This document shows positions 1 through 9,866 of a stretch of 64,000 bases of DNA, piece by piece. The stretch comes from Promethearchaeia archaeon. GTDB lineage: Archaea; Asgardarchaeota; Lokiarchaeia; Sigyniarchaeales; SOKP01. A program made the position numbers and the translations under genes. Within the stretch, counting starts at the first letter, position 1. Every line of letters starts with the position of its first letter. Under the pieces are notes generated by a model. That model had not been told where the DNA came from and ran no database searches. It worked only from the letters and a program-made list of their open reading frames with translations. The DNA lies in the NCBI GenBank assembly GCA_029856105.1, contig JAHQWH010000193.1, positions 50,449-114,448 on the forward strand. The letters are read 5' to 3'.

Positions 1-530
1 CTAAGTTTATTTTGATCGTTATGAGCTCCACGGTTAAAACCGATAATTAACTGCAAATCTGATGCTAATTTATATATATCAGTCCTAAAATCAGTATCTC
101 TAGCAAATTCAGCGATCTTTGAGGCGATAGGGTCATCTGGTAAATAATAATCTTTAACGATTTCAGCAGCACATTTTTTAGTGTCATTTGAGTAAATATG
201 AACTAAATTTCTTAGTTTTTCTTTTGTTAAATCGTCTACAATGTGATGATCGAACCACGATATCTTACATTCTCGTTTTTTCGCATTTTTGAAAACAGAG
301 AACAAATCTACAAAATCTTCGTTAAATCCTATATCAGAAATTATTAGTTGTGAAGGGAGAGATTCTGAATCTAAGATATTGCTAACTTTTTCAACGAAAT
401 CAATGTAATGAGCGTAAAAACATCTGATCTCATCTGGATGGATTTCTCGGTTTAAATTGAAATATCGTTGAATAATTGCTTGTGACCCTAATCCATCGAG
501 ATCATGTTCATGAGTAATAGAAACGATCAT
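1..530 (-). CDS. DHH-family phosphoesterase (3' end runs off the window)
   Basis: Not in the ORF track. Manual translation from ATG at 530 gives MIVSITHEHDLDGLGS...IISDIG...SWFDHH, containing the DxD, D and DHH motifs; the frame is open to position 1. Confidence 0.85.
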   Translation of the reverse strand, partial: MIVSITHEHDLDGLGSQAIIQRYFNLNREIHPDEIRCFYAHYIDFVEKVSNILDSESLPSQLIISDIGFNEDFVDLFSVFKNAKKRECKISWFDHHIVDDLTKEKLRNLVHIYSNDTKKCAAEIVKDYYLPDDPIASKIAEFARDTDFRTDIYKLASDLQLIIGFNRGAHNDQNKL

Positions 531-595
531 TCTTAGTTAACTTCTCAATAAAATTTATTAAATTATAAGAGTAAAGATGTTTTTTAAATTTTAAC

Positions 596-1048
596 TTAAA
601 ATAAATCCAAATACGGTCTAACTTTTTTCTTATTTTGAGGATCTTTTACCGATTCTAATATCTTTTTCGCTAATTGCTTTTTTTTTTCGTAATATATTTT
701 CATGTACTCTTCTTTAGTTTTATCGGGATATCTCTTTTCTAAGGCTGGATCTCTTCTGGGGCAACCTCCTCTTCGCATACAACAATACGAAATAGAGCCA
801 AAACAAACTAAATCAGAATCCCAGTCATTATCTTTTGAAAATTCTTCCTTTATTTTAATAAATTCTTCTTGACTTATCCCCAACTCTTTTAATGTTTCAT
901 CTCTCTTGCACTTAAAGCCAAAGGTGAGAGAATAGCCTGGTTTACAGCAAAAAGTTAACCCTCGATAATCTGCATCCATACATATGTGAATAGGTGCATT
1001 CTCCCATCCTGTTACATCTCGAAGTTTGTCTGGATCTAATTCAACCAT
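596..1048 (-). CDS. Methanogenesis marker 9 domain-like Cys-rich protein
   Basis: WENAPIHIC..DYRGLTFCC and CFGSISYCC..CPRRD resemble the duplicated Cys motifs of the marker-9 domain. Confidence 0.7.
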   Translation of the reverse strand: MVELDPDKLRDVTGWENAPIHICMDADYRGLTFCCKPGYSLTFGFKCKRDETLKELGISQEEFIKIKEEFSKDNDWDSDLVCFGSISYCCMRRGGCPRRDPALEKRYPDKTKEEYMKIYYEKKKQLAKKILESVKDPQNKKKVRPYLDLF

Positions 1049-1171
1049 GATATAAAATAAATCCCCATCCTAAAATTGAATAAGTAAATTCACTAAAAGA
1101 TATTAATTTTCTACTTTATAGGTTATAAAAAAGAATGTAAGTAAAAAAGTTGAATTTATTAATTATAAGAG

Positions 1172-1335
1172 GGCTCGGAGGGGGATTTTCATACTGCTGA
1201 TAAATTCAACAATATATTGAACCCCCCTTTCCCCAATACAAGAGAATTCCCTTGTATTTCTAGGGATTCACAGTGGGGATTCTCGAAAGAACCTCAAGAT
1301 TTGTCCCCAATACTAACCACTATACGACCCGAGCC
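1172..1335 (-). tRNA. tRNA-His(GUG) with three introns (1273-1302, 1229-1259, 1186-1215)
   Basis: Removing three BHB-flanked inserts gives G-GCTCGGG TC GTAT AGTGGTTA GTAT T GGGGA CTGTGAA TCCCT AGAG GGGGG TTCAATT CCCCC TCCGAGC C. This is a cloverleaf with anticodon GTG at 1271-1269 and the His identity pair G-1:C73. CCA is not encoded. Confidence 0.92.
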
Positions 1336-1354
1336 ATGTTTTTTTTTAATTAAG

Positions 1355-1362
1355 TTATAAAA
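1355..1362 (-). promoter_or_regulatory. Putative TATA box of the tRNA-His gene
   Basis: TTTTATAA on the minus strand, 20-27 nt upstream of the tRNA 5' end. The background is AT-rich. Confidence 0.45.
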
Positions 1363-1401
1363 TTTAATCTTTCTTTCTAAAAAAATTTGTCCTTTGTTAA
1401 T

Positions 1402-1998
1402 TTAAAATATTTCTTTTCCCCCAACCACACTTACTAGATAGTTTAAAAATTGATTAATTGCATTTTCTAATTCTTCAGAATTATCAACAGCAAAATCAGC
1501 ATCAGGAAATTTCTGATTCCTTTTTGCTCTTTCTATTCTTTCTTCTAATCTTTTTCCGCTCTCTCTGGCGCGGGCTTTTAACCTTTTTAAAGTAATTTCA
1601 AAAGGAACTTCAATAAATATTATTTTTAAATTTCTATAAATTTCACAAGCTTTTTTCACAATTGTTCGACTAACATTTACGAGCACGGGATGTCCTTTTT
1701 TTAACCAACTATCAATTTCTATAGGAACTCCGTAATCAAGACCATAAATGTGCCATTTTAAGGTAAATTTACCTTGTTTTGACATCTCTCTGAACTCTTC
1801 TGGGCTAATCGATATATTGTCTTCGTCTTCAGAAGGAGGTCTTGTAATATACCGTTGAGTAAGGCGAATACTTTTTAAATCAGAAGGATACCTTTCTAAT
1901 ACAGCTTTGATAATAGAATCTTTACCCGAACCAGAGTTTCCGACAACTAAGAATAATGTTCCAGAAAATACTTTTCTATTTTTTTCTTTTGTTTTCAT
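1402..1998 (-). CDS. phnN: Ribose 1,5-bisphosphate phosphokinase PhnN-like (guanylate kinase fold)
   Basis: P-loop VVGNSGSGKDS, RYITRP, WHIYGLDYGVP, VLVNVSR and RLKARARES match PhnN. ATG at 1998; an alternative TTG lies at 2007. Confidence 0.8.
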   Translation of the reverse strand: MKTKEKNRKVFSGTLFLVVGNSGSGKDSIIKAVLERYPSDLKSIRLTQRYITRPPSEDEDNISISPEEFREMSKQGKFTLKWHIYGLDYGVPIEIDSWLKKGHPVLVNVSRTIVKKACEIYRNLKIIFIEVPFEITLKRLKARARESGKRLEERIERAKRNQKFPDADFAVDNSEELENAINQFLNYLVSVVGGKEIF

Positions 1999-2146
1999 CT
2001 GTTTCAAAATTAATAATTATTATTTCAATTTTAGTTTTAATGGTAAAAAATTAATAACTTTATTTATAAAAACGAAAAGAAATATTAAGAATAATAAATG
2101 TTATGAGACTTGGCAAAGAAAAAAATAAATATTTCTTAATTAGAAA

Positions 2147-2563
2147 ATGACAAGTAGTACAAAAAGCACTGGAGAAATTTCAGAAATACCCGAGAGCTAC
2201 CAGAGATATATAGATGTCATTTATACTATTTCAAAGAAAAAAAGAGGAGGATGGGTAACAAATAAAGGAATTGCTGAAAGCCTCCAAGTTGAGCCTGCCT
2301 CGGTGTCAGGAATGCTCGAAAAATTAAGAAAAAAAGGTTTAATTAACTGGGAGCCACGAAAATCAATAAGACTTACAGATAAGGGGAAGATGTATGCGCA
2401 ACAGTTAGAAGAAATTGAAAAATTGCTCCACACTTTTTTTAAAGAAGTATTAAAAATCGACGACGAAGAGCTTGTTGAAAAGATATCTTGTGAAATAGAA
2501 CATCATATTACTCGAGAAGTAAAAGAGTCCTTTAAAGACTTCTTGTCAAATTATCATAAATAG
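2147..2563 (+). CDS. DtxR/MntR-family metal-dependent transcriptional regulator
   Basis: YIDVIY, wHTH IAESLQVEPASVSGMLEKL, LTDKG and CEIEHHI metal motif. Confidence 0.9.
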   Translation: MTSSTKSTGEISEIPESYQRYIDVIYTISKKKRGGWVTNKGIAESLQVEPASVSGMLEKLRKKGLINWEPRKSIRLTDKGKMYAQQLEEIEKLLHTFFKEVLKIDDEELVEKISCEIEHHITREVKESFKDFLSNYHK

Positions 2564-2630
2564 ATTTAATTATAATTAACAATTTATTGATTTAACTAAT
2601 TTAAATCAAACCTACAAAGAGTTTAGATAT

Positions 2631-3383
2631 ATGTCTGAAGAATTAATTGGGAAAATAAAAGTTGTTAATGAATACTTTAAAGATTTCAATAATTTTCTTG
2701 AACTCAAAGATTTTCGAGCTTTCCTATTATTGACGTTAACAAGTCAAGCCGTAACGAATATTATGGCTCAACTTGGTATAGGGGGTGATAAAGATGTTAT
2801 TAATCTACCTTATAACCCTAACTATAAATTCTATTATCAAAAAATCAATTTAATGTCTTCAAGCTCGATAATATTATACGTAAAGTCTGAACCAATAACA
2901 AACGAGCTTATTTTGGAAAAAAATAACGAAGTTTTTAAAAAATATTTAAGTTCAAATGAGATAGCTCTCGCATTTAGAGGCAAAGAAAAGTTTTTATTTC
3001 CGAAAGTTAGCGATTGCAGCACATTGGAAGCTTCAGACATTACTGTGAAGGTTGACGATTTATTTCACACTTTAGATTCTTTCATTTCTTATGCTCAACC
3101 AAATATCCTGTTTGTCTTTGATGCTGAAACATCTTCGAAACCAGATTTAGTATTTACATTTAACATGATGCCACAATTGCCAAAAAAATTAAATGAAAAT
3201 GTGTTAAAAGTTGATACCTTTTTGGATTACGAAAGAAAGACAAAAGATATTACTTACATTAAGCGGGAGGAAGATTATAGTCTAACTTATTTAGAAGATA
3301 TCAAAGAAATCAGCCACGCGGAATTATACAAGTCATCCTTTTCCTTAGTGATACATTTAAAATCTATAAATAAACCTACTTGA
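2631..3383 (+). CDS. Hypothetical protein
   Basis: 250-aa ORF with no recognisable motif. Confidence 0.7.
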   Translation: MSEELIGKIKVVNEYFKDFNNFLELKDFRAFLLLTLTSQAVTNIMAQLGIGGDKDVINLPYNPNYKFYYQKINLMSSSSIILYVKSEPITNELILEKNNEVFKKYLSSNEIALAFRGKEKFLFPKVSDCSTLEASDITVKVDDLFHTLDSFISYAQPNILFVFDAETSSKPDLVFTFNMMPQLPKKLNENVLKVDTFLDYERKTKDITYIKREEDYSLTYLEDIKEISHAELYKSSFSLVIHLKSINKPT

Positions 3384-3518
3384 ACAATTTCTTTTTTATT
3401 TTATCAATCATATTAAGCGTTTAATATTAATTATTCGTTAATGATTAAGCCGTTAACACCATTAAAGGATTAATACTCTTAATTTATAAATTATCCGACA
3501 AAATATGATTAGTAATTA

Positions 3519-3534
3519 AACTGTTAAAACAGTT
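3519..3534. promoter_or_regulatory. Inverted repeat AACTGTT-N2-AACAGTT, candidate operator upstream of the RHH regulator
   Basis: Perfect 7-bp inverted repeat about 30-45 nt downstream of TTTATAAA (3483-3490) and upstream of the RHH gene. Confidence 0.4.
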
Positions 3535-3578
3535 AAAACTTCAATTTAATATTTCAAACAAATTAAGGGTTGGTAGTA

Positions 3579-3782
3579 ATGAAAATAATAACTATTAATT
3601 TACCTGAGAAGTATTTAGCAGCAATTCAAGTCTTAAATGACTTGGGCGTGTATCCAAGTCGAAGCGAAGCAATAAGAACTGCTTTAAGAGATTTCTTAGA
3701 TGACGAATTAAAAATGTTTAACAATTTAGAAGACGAAACTTTTAAAATGCTTGTTAGAAACACAGCAAATAATAGACGATAA
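3579..3782 (+). CDS. Ribbon-helix-helix (CopG/Arc/MetJ) transcriptional regulator
   Basis: MKIITINLPEKYL...GVYPSRSEAIRTALRDFL is a typical RHH signature. Confidence 0.88.
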   Translation: MKIITINLPEKYLAAIQVLNDLGVYPSRSEAIRTALRDFLDDELKMFNNLEDETFKMLVRNTANNRR

Positions 3783-3808
3783 TTTCTATTTTTTTTTAAT
3801 TTTAAGAA

Positions 3809-4273
3809 TTAATCTACATTTACATCGACTTTACACTTATTACAACGTTTTGATCCCCGAAATAATTGATTGCCACAATTTGGACAATGATATCTATTCT
3901 CTTCTTGTTTTACAAATTCTTCTGTGCCATTTTCTCGCCAAAATGGGATTGCTCGGAGGATAACTTTCTTCCCTACTGTTATCGGAAAGTTATTAATAAA
4001 TTTACACGGAAACTCGTCGCACTGATGACATCCTTCAATCCCTTTATCGTTACAACACTTTTTAATAGAACATACTCTGCAAACCGGGAAAACAATTCCA
4101 TCTGATAAGCATCCCGTACAAGCTATGTCGTCTACGCTTTTTGCAAACGCTTTATAGACGGGCAATAATTTTTCTTTAAATTTCAAATTATTATCTCGGT
4201 GAGCGATATAAATCGAGCAAACTCCACAATACAATCCACAAGGTGCTAATAAATTTTCTTTGATCTCAACCAT
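3809..4273 (-). CDS. DUF3795-like Cys-rich protein with C-terminal Zn ribbon
   Basis: APCGLYCGVC, CTGC, CSIKKCC..GCHQCDEFPC and C-terminal CPNCG..CNKC. Confidence 0.8.
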   Translation of the reverse strand: MVEIKENLLAPCGLYCGVCSIYIAHRDNNLKFKEKLLPVYKAFAKSVDDIACTGCLSDGIVFPVCRVCSIKKCCNDKGIEGCHQCDEFPCKFINNFPITVGKKVILRAIPFWRENGTEEFVKQEENRYHCPNCGNQLFRGSKRCNKCKVDVNVD

Positions 4274-4414
4274 TTAATATCATCATTTAAACATTCTAAA
4301 TATTAAAAATTAATAATATCGAATTAAATCTTTTGATTTAAGATCTTACTTTTAATAATTATAAAAACATATTATTTTTAATACTGTTAATTTTGAATTT
4401 ATGTAGGTATTACA

Positions 4415-5464
4415 ATGAAAATTGCACGATATTATAACAATAACGATGTTAGGCTTGACGAGATACCAAAACCAATAATTGGTTCAGGAGAATTTTTGGT
4501 AAAAGTAGTAAAGTCAGGTATTTGTGGTTCGGATGTTCTAGAATATTATAGATTTGCCAAAATGAAAAAACTAGGCGTAGATAATCTAATTCTTGGGCAT
4601 GAAATAGCAGGCGATATTGTTGAGGTAGGAAAGGATGTAAGACGCTTCAAAGTCGGAGATCGTGTTTTTGTTTCTCACCATGTTCCTTGTTATGATTGTT
4701 ATTATTGTCATCATGGGCACCATACTGCGTGTGCTCTACTTCACAGTACCAATTTCGATCCAGGCGGTTTTTCTGAATATGTTAGAATTCCTAAGATTAA
4801 TATCGAGAAAAAAGGAGTATTTGTTTTAGATAAGTCGGTATCGTATGATGAAGCAGTTTTTATCGAACCCTTTGGGTGTGTGTGTAGGGCACAAAGATTA
4901 GCTATTGTTGGAAAAGGATTAACAGTTTTAATACTCGGTATTGGAGTTTCTGGAATTTTGCATATTCAACTAGCAAAATTGCGAGGGGTGGCAAAAGTGT
5001 TTGCAACGGACATCAATGAATATAGGTTAAAAATGGCGAAGAAGTTTGGGGCTGATGAGGCTTTTTTTGCTAGTGAGGATATCCCTTCAAACCTTTTGGA
5101 ATTGAACGATCATCGATTAGCAGATATTGTTATCGTATGTACTGGTGCTTTATCTGCCGCAAATCAAGCTTTAAAATGTGCTGCTCCTGGTGGTAAAATT
5201 ATATTTTTTGCAGTTCCTGCCCCCGGTATTAATTTAGAAGTCCCTATAAACGAATATTGGAGAAATGAGATAACAATAACGACATCATATGGTGCAGCAC
5301 CTGAAGATCTTCAAGAGTCTTATATATGGATATTATCTAAGAAAATAAAAGTCTTAGAATTAATAACTCATAGATTCCCCCTAAGTCAAGCTGGAAAAGC
5401 CTTCAAGGTCGTTTGTGAAGCAAAAGAATCCCTAAAAGTTGTTTTAGAGCCCAATAAAGAATGA
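4415..5464 (+). CDS. Zn-dependent medium-chain alcohol/polyol dehydrogenase
   Basis: GICGSD, GHEIAG, structural Zn site CYDCYYC..C and GIGVSG Rossmann loop. Confidence 0.92.
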   Translation: MKIARYYNNNDVRLDEIPKPIIGSGEFLVKVVKSGICGSDVLEYYRFAKMKKLGVDNLILGHEIAGDIVEVGKDVRRFKVGDRVFVSHHVPCYDCYYCHHGHHTACALLHSTNFDPGGFSEYVRIPKINIEKKGVFVLDKSVSYDEAVFIEPFGCVCRAQRLAIVGKGLTVLILGIGVSGILHIQLAKLRGVAKVFATDINEYRLKMAKKFGADEAFFASEDIPSNLLELNDHRLADIVIVCTGALSAANQALKCAAPGGKIIFFAVPAPGINLEVPINEYWRNEITITTSYGAAPEDLQESYIWILSKKIKVLELITHRFPLSQAGKAFKVVCEAKESLKVVLEPNKE

Positions 5465-5469
5465 GTTAT

Positions 5470-6432
5470 TTATAGATTTGTTCTTATACTTCTTTCAATA
5501 TGCTTTCTTATTATCCAGGATTCCCAAAAAGCGTAAACCTTTAGCATTGCTCCTTTCATTTTTCTTTTAGGAAAAAAAATATCTAATTTAAGCAACGCTT
5601 CTGTTTTTTCGCTAATTGCAAGTTTATGATCAAGCGTTTTTAGTGCAGAATTAACTTTCTCTTGATTTTCTTCTATTTTTTTTCTCATATAATTAAACGG
5701 TGTTCTATCGGGATTTTTAACTACATACGAATGACTCGAAGTTAATTTAATTGCTTTCTCAAGAAAAAATTCTTCAGCAAGATTAATATCCCTGATAGTC
5801 TGCTCAATAGAGCAATCCCTAAATCCGTACCAAGGGCCAAAACCATTTACTTCTGGTTGAGTTTGGTCAAATCCCATACAACTTATATGTAAAATTTTTT
5901 CGGAAGGAAAAAAAAATCCAACATGACCTAAGGAGTGTCCTGGAAAAGAGATGGTTTGCAGTTCGAAATTATCGAATCTTAACATATCACCGGGTTTAAA
6001 CGAAATAACTTCATTACATTTTTTATAACCCATTGAATTAACGAAACTCATTCCAGTTTCTAAGTCAAGATCCTCTAAAAATCCAAAGTTATTTAAAAAA
6101 TTATAACTATCTAACAAATTCGTATGTTCTGGAACAGGAGCATATATATTTACTCTTTTTTCGCTCCAAATATGCACATGAGCTGCGTGATCTAAATGCG
6201 TGTGACTACATACATAATCCGAAATGGGCTTAAACAAATTGTATATGGTATTTGCATACCGTGGCTCAATATTAAGATCTATAATAATAGCGTGCCTATT
6301 TACACCCTTTTCGGGTAATTTAATTAAACCGTCGCACCTTGTAAAGACGGCTGATGCTTTTATTTGGTGAACTCTTAATAAATTTTTAGTAACCTTAGAA
6401 ATTTGAAGATTATCAATATTAGGTAAAGACAT
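5470..6432 (-). CDS. Metallo-beta-lactamase fold hydrolase
   Basis: SHTHLDH, PGHSLGH and SSH motifs. Confidence 0.85.
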   Translation of the reverse strand: MSLPNIDNLQISKVTKNLLRVHQIKASAVFTRCDGLIKLPEKGVNRHAIIIDLNIEPRYANTIYNLFKPISDYVCSHTHLDHAAHVHIWSEKRVNIYAPVPEHTNLLDSYNFLNNFGFLEDLDLETGMSFVNSMGYKKCNEVISFKPGDMLRFDNFELQTISFPGHSLGHVGFFFPSEKILHISCMGFDQTQPEVNGFGPWYGFRDCSIEQTIRDINLAEEFFLEKAIKLTSSHSYVVKNPDRTPFNYMRKKIEENQEKVNSALKTLDHKLAISEKTEALLKLDIFFPKRKMKGAMLKVYAFWESWIIRKHIERSIRTNL

Positions 6433-6540
6433 TAGTGCGAATATAATCTCTATAGTAATTATAAAGGAAAATTATGAAATATTTAAGAACTTAATCTTAA
6501 CACAAAATATTCTTAAAATATAGAAATAAAAAAAATAAAA

Positions 6541-7323
6541 TTATAATCCTACTGGACCATTACTATAGATTTCATATGCTTCATCTACGGAAGCATTTTC
6601 GTGAACTATTGCTCTTACTGCTTGAATCATTCCAATTGGTTTATCAGATTGGAAGATATTCCTCCCCATGTCTACACCGATAGCTCCAGAATTAATAGCA
6701 TTCTTTGCCATTTGTAATGCATCCCTCTCCGATGTTTTTTTCCCTCCCGCAATAACTACAGGTACAGGACAAATACTTGTTACGTTTTCAAAATTTTCAC
6801 AATAGTATGTTTTTACAAATGTAGCACCTAACTCCGCGGCCATTCTACTAGCCATCCCTAAGTAACGGTGATCTCTAACCATTTCCCTACCAACTGCGGT
6901 GACTGCTAAGGTAGGAATTCCATATTCTTGTCCCCAATTTACTATTTTCGATAAATTCATTAAGCTTTGCTTTTCAAACTCTCCGCCGACAAAAATCGAG
7001 CAAGTTATTGCTGAAACATTTAATCTTATGGCTTCTTCAATAGTTACGTTAATTTCTTCATTTGAAAGGTCTTTTAACATGCTAGCTCCAGCCGATACTC
7101 TTAATACTATCGGAATATCAAAATCAGCGGAAACGCAACTTCTTAGCATCCCCCGAGTAAGCATTAAAGCATCAGCATATTGAAATAACGGATTTAAATC
7201 TCCAAAACATTTCAATTGACCAGGTATATTACCAAAGTATCCATGATCGACGGCAAGCATTACACAACGCCCAGACTTAGGTTTGATAATCCTTGCTAAT
7301 CGATTTTGCATTCCCCAATCCAT
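6541..7323 (-). CDS. lsrF: LsrF-like thiolase / DhnA-type class I aldolase
   Basis: MDWGMQNRLARI, MLAVDHGYF, AAELGATFVKTYY, VVIAGGKK and GVDMGRNIFQS are characteristic of LsrF. Confidence 0.85.
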   Translation of the reverse strand: MDWGMQNRLARIIKPKSGRCVMLAVDHGYFGNIPGQLKCFGDLNPLFQYADALMLTRGMLRSCVSADFDIPIVLRVSAGASMLKDLSNEEINVTIEEAIRLNVSAITCSIFVGGEFEKQSLMNLSKIVNWGQEYGIPTLAVTAVGREMVRDHRYLGMASRMAAELGATFVKTYYCENFENVTSICPVPVVIAGGKKTSERDALQMAKNAINSGAIGVDMGRNIFQSDKPIGMIQAVRAIVHENASVDEAYEIYSNGPVGL

Positions 7324-7467
7324 TTTTAATTCACTTTATTTGATTTTCAATTAAATTATTGCATTGATAAATTATGAAAATTATTAATTTATTATCTTTT
7401 TTGTGCTTTTGCATAGAAATGTCTTTAAAGAAGAGAGTGTAAAGAAAATGGTTAATGATTCATCAAA

Positions 7468-8316
7468 TTAGTTCCTTATTTTTTTACCTAAATCCTTCGA
7501 AATTCGTCTACTAATAAATTCTTTTATTAAAACGATTCTGTTTCTATTGATCGTAGAAACTATTAACTTTTCTTTTAACTTTTTTGTTAATTCTTTTTCG
7601 TTGATACCTTTAGCGTTCTCTAAAAGCGAAATAGTAAATTCTACATCACTTAAAAATTGTTTAATATAGAGCGCTAAATACTTTAATTGATCGTTTTTAT
7701 CTGTCTTACCCAGAGCGTTGCTTAATATAGACTTTTCAAAATCAATCTGCGAATGCCATGGTACTTGGATAACCAATTTACGATTATTGATTAAAAACGC
7801 GTTGGAATATTCTTGTTTAGTCATAGTATAGAAATAATTTGGATTAGGAAACACATAAGAGTCAAATTCTTCGTCTATTATAACATTCGAATTTCGATAC
7901 TCGACAGGGATTAATCTGTCAAATAATTCGTTTAATTGCTCTATGTTGAGACTAGTTTCTTCGTTTCTAATAATTCGGGAGTCGTAATCGAATAATTTAG
8001 CGTGTATGAAACCTGCAACACAATTGAAACCAAAAGCATCGATTAATTCATCTAATGTCAAACTGATTAAATCAATCGGTAATTTATCTTTTTGATCTAA
8101 CGATACGGAAGCATCAATTATGTCGTATCCAATAACATTTCCTTTAGTAGAAATAAAAACGATAAAATTGTGCTCTTCACAAACTACTCCTTTAGGTACT
8201 TTAATCTTAACGGTACCAAACTTTTTATCAACAAACAATGATTCTGGAACGGATATTTCTTTTCCCACGCCACATCGGGGGCAAGAAACCTCAAACTTTT
8301 TCAAGTTACTACTCAT
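7468..8316 (-). CDS. Hypothetical protein with N-terminal Zn-ribbon-like motif
   Basis: CPRCG...VCEEHNF at the N-terminus, followed by a helical region. Confidence 0.7.
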   Translation of the reverse strand: MSSNLKKFEVSCPRCGVGKEISVPESLFVDKKFGTVKIKVPKGVVCEEHNFIVFISTKGNVIGYDIIDASVSLDQKDKLPIDLISLTLDELIDAFGFNCVAGFIHAKLFDYDSRIIRNEETSLNIEQLNELFDRLIPVEYRNSNVIIDEEFDSYVFPNPNYFYTMTKQEYSNAFLINNRKLVIQVPWHSQIDFEKSILSNALGKTDKNDQLKYLALYIKQFLSDVEFTISLLENAKGINEKELTKKLKEKLIVSTINRNRIVLIKEFISRRISKDLGKKIRN

Positions 8317-8562
8317 TTAATCCCTAAATTTAGATTATTTGTTTAGTTAATTTTTTTTTATTTTTATATTTTTTTTTAGACAAAAATACTAAAAAAGTTT
8401 TCATTAAAAAGCTTAAACATTTCGTCAAAAAATATTATAAAATATTATAAAATTTTAAATACAATTTAAATATCAAATACAATTTTTAAATTCGTCTTAA
8501 ATTAAATATTAAATTTTTTAAAGCAATTTTAAAATCAATTAACTAGTATTAGGTAAAAATTA

Positions 8563-9840
8563 ATGATTGTAATTTCAAGCGAAGATTCAAAATATATGTA
8601 TGAAATAATCCAAAGGATTATCGAAGAATGTGGCCCAAGAATGCCTTGTAGTCCTCAAGAGGCTCAAAGTGCGGAAATAATCAAAGAGGAATTAGAACAT
8701 GTCTGTGATAAGACGGTAATAGAACCCTTCTCGTGTAATCCTCGCGCCTTCTTAGGATTTATAAAGGTTAATCTTACTTTAGTTGTTATGTCGTTTATAG
8801 CCTTTTTTCTTATACCGTTTAATTTAGTAAATTATTGGAGCTATTTAATGACATTTTTATCGTTCGGTTTGAACGTAATTGCGTTCCTAATCATATGGAA
8901 TGAATTTTTTAATTATCGAGAATTCATTGATCCATTATTTAAATCAAGAGAATCACAAAATGTTATTGGAAAGATTTCCTCTGAGGAAGAATTAAAAAAA
9001 ATCGTGATCTTTTCTGGACATCACGATAGTGCGCTTCAGTTTAATTTATTAACTCATTTAAAAATAGGCTATCCCATTATTATCTTTTTAGGCCTAGGTA
9101 TTATGTTCTTGTGGTTGTTTGTATCAACCCTTATATTACTCTTAACCTTAATGGGTTTATTTTTCTACGAAATCTTTTTTATTTTTGTATTAAGCCTGTT
9201 TTTAATAGGAACCCCAGCTTTTATTGGTTTATTTTTCTTCGTATCGTTTGGAAAAAAGGCTAATAAAGTACCAGGAGCCGTTGATAATTTAAGCGCTGTA
9301 GCAATCGTGTTAGCTATTGGAAAATACCTAAAAAATCATAAAGAAATTATACCCAAAAACACAGAGATTAGATTAATATCTTTTGGGTGCGAAGAAGCCG
9401 GTTTAAGAGGCGCTTATAGATATGTTAAAGAACATTACGACGAGTTAGTAAAGTACGACGCAGAATGCGTCAATATGGATGGAATTCACAGCAAAGACAA
9501 TATTTCTATCATAGATTTTGAACCAACAACTCGTACAAAACATTCTGATATTGTTGTTCAAAAAATAATTAATGCTGCTAAAAATTCCGAAATTAAACTT
9601 CAATCATCAGGATTAGGAGGATCAAGTAAGTTAGAAAAATTATTTGGCCAAATTACTGGTGGCACAGATGCTACAGCATTCTCAAAAGCAAAGATCAAAG
9701 CTGCTAATATTTCTGCCATGAATTTAAAACAAATGGTTGGATTTTACCACCAACATACAGACACAGTGGATAAAATTGAAAAAGGATCCCTTGAGAATGT
9801 TTTAAAGATTTGTATTTCCTACATTAATGGCGAATCTTAA
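8563..9840 (+). CDS. M28-family metallopeptidase with inserted transmembrane segments
   Basis: SGHHDS, GAVDNLSA, CEEAGLRG, NMDG and YHQHTD metal/catalytic motifs; two hydrophobic hairpins. Confidence 0.88.
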   Translation: MIVISSEDSKYMYEIIQRIIEECGPRMPCSPQEAQSAEIIKEELEHVCDKTVIEPFSCNPRAFLGFIKVNLTLVVMSFIAFFLIPFNLVNYWSYLMTFLSFGLNVIAFLIIWNEFFNYREFIDPLFKSRESQNVIGKISSEEELKKIVIFSGHHDSALQFNLLTHLKIGYPIIIFLGLGIMFLWLFVSTLILLLTLMGLFFYEIFFIFVLSLFLIGTPAFIGLFFFVSFGKKANKVPGAVDNLSAVAIVLAIGKYLKNHKEIIPKNTEIRLISFGCEEAGLRGAYRYVKEHYDELVKYDAECVNMDGIHSKDNISIIDFEPTTRTKHSDIVVQKIINAAKNSEIKLQSSGLGGSSKLEKLFGQITGGTDATAFSKAKIKAANISAMNLKQMVGFYHQHTDTVDKIEKGSLENVLKICISYINGES

Positions 9841-9866
9841 AAAAAGTTGAAAGAGATAAAAAAAAA

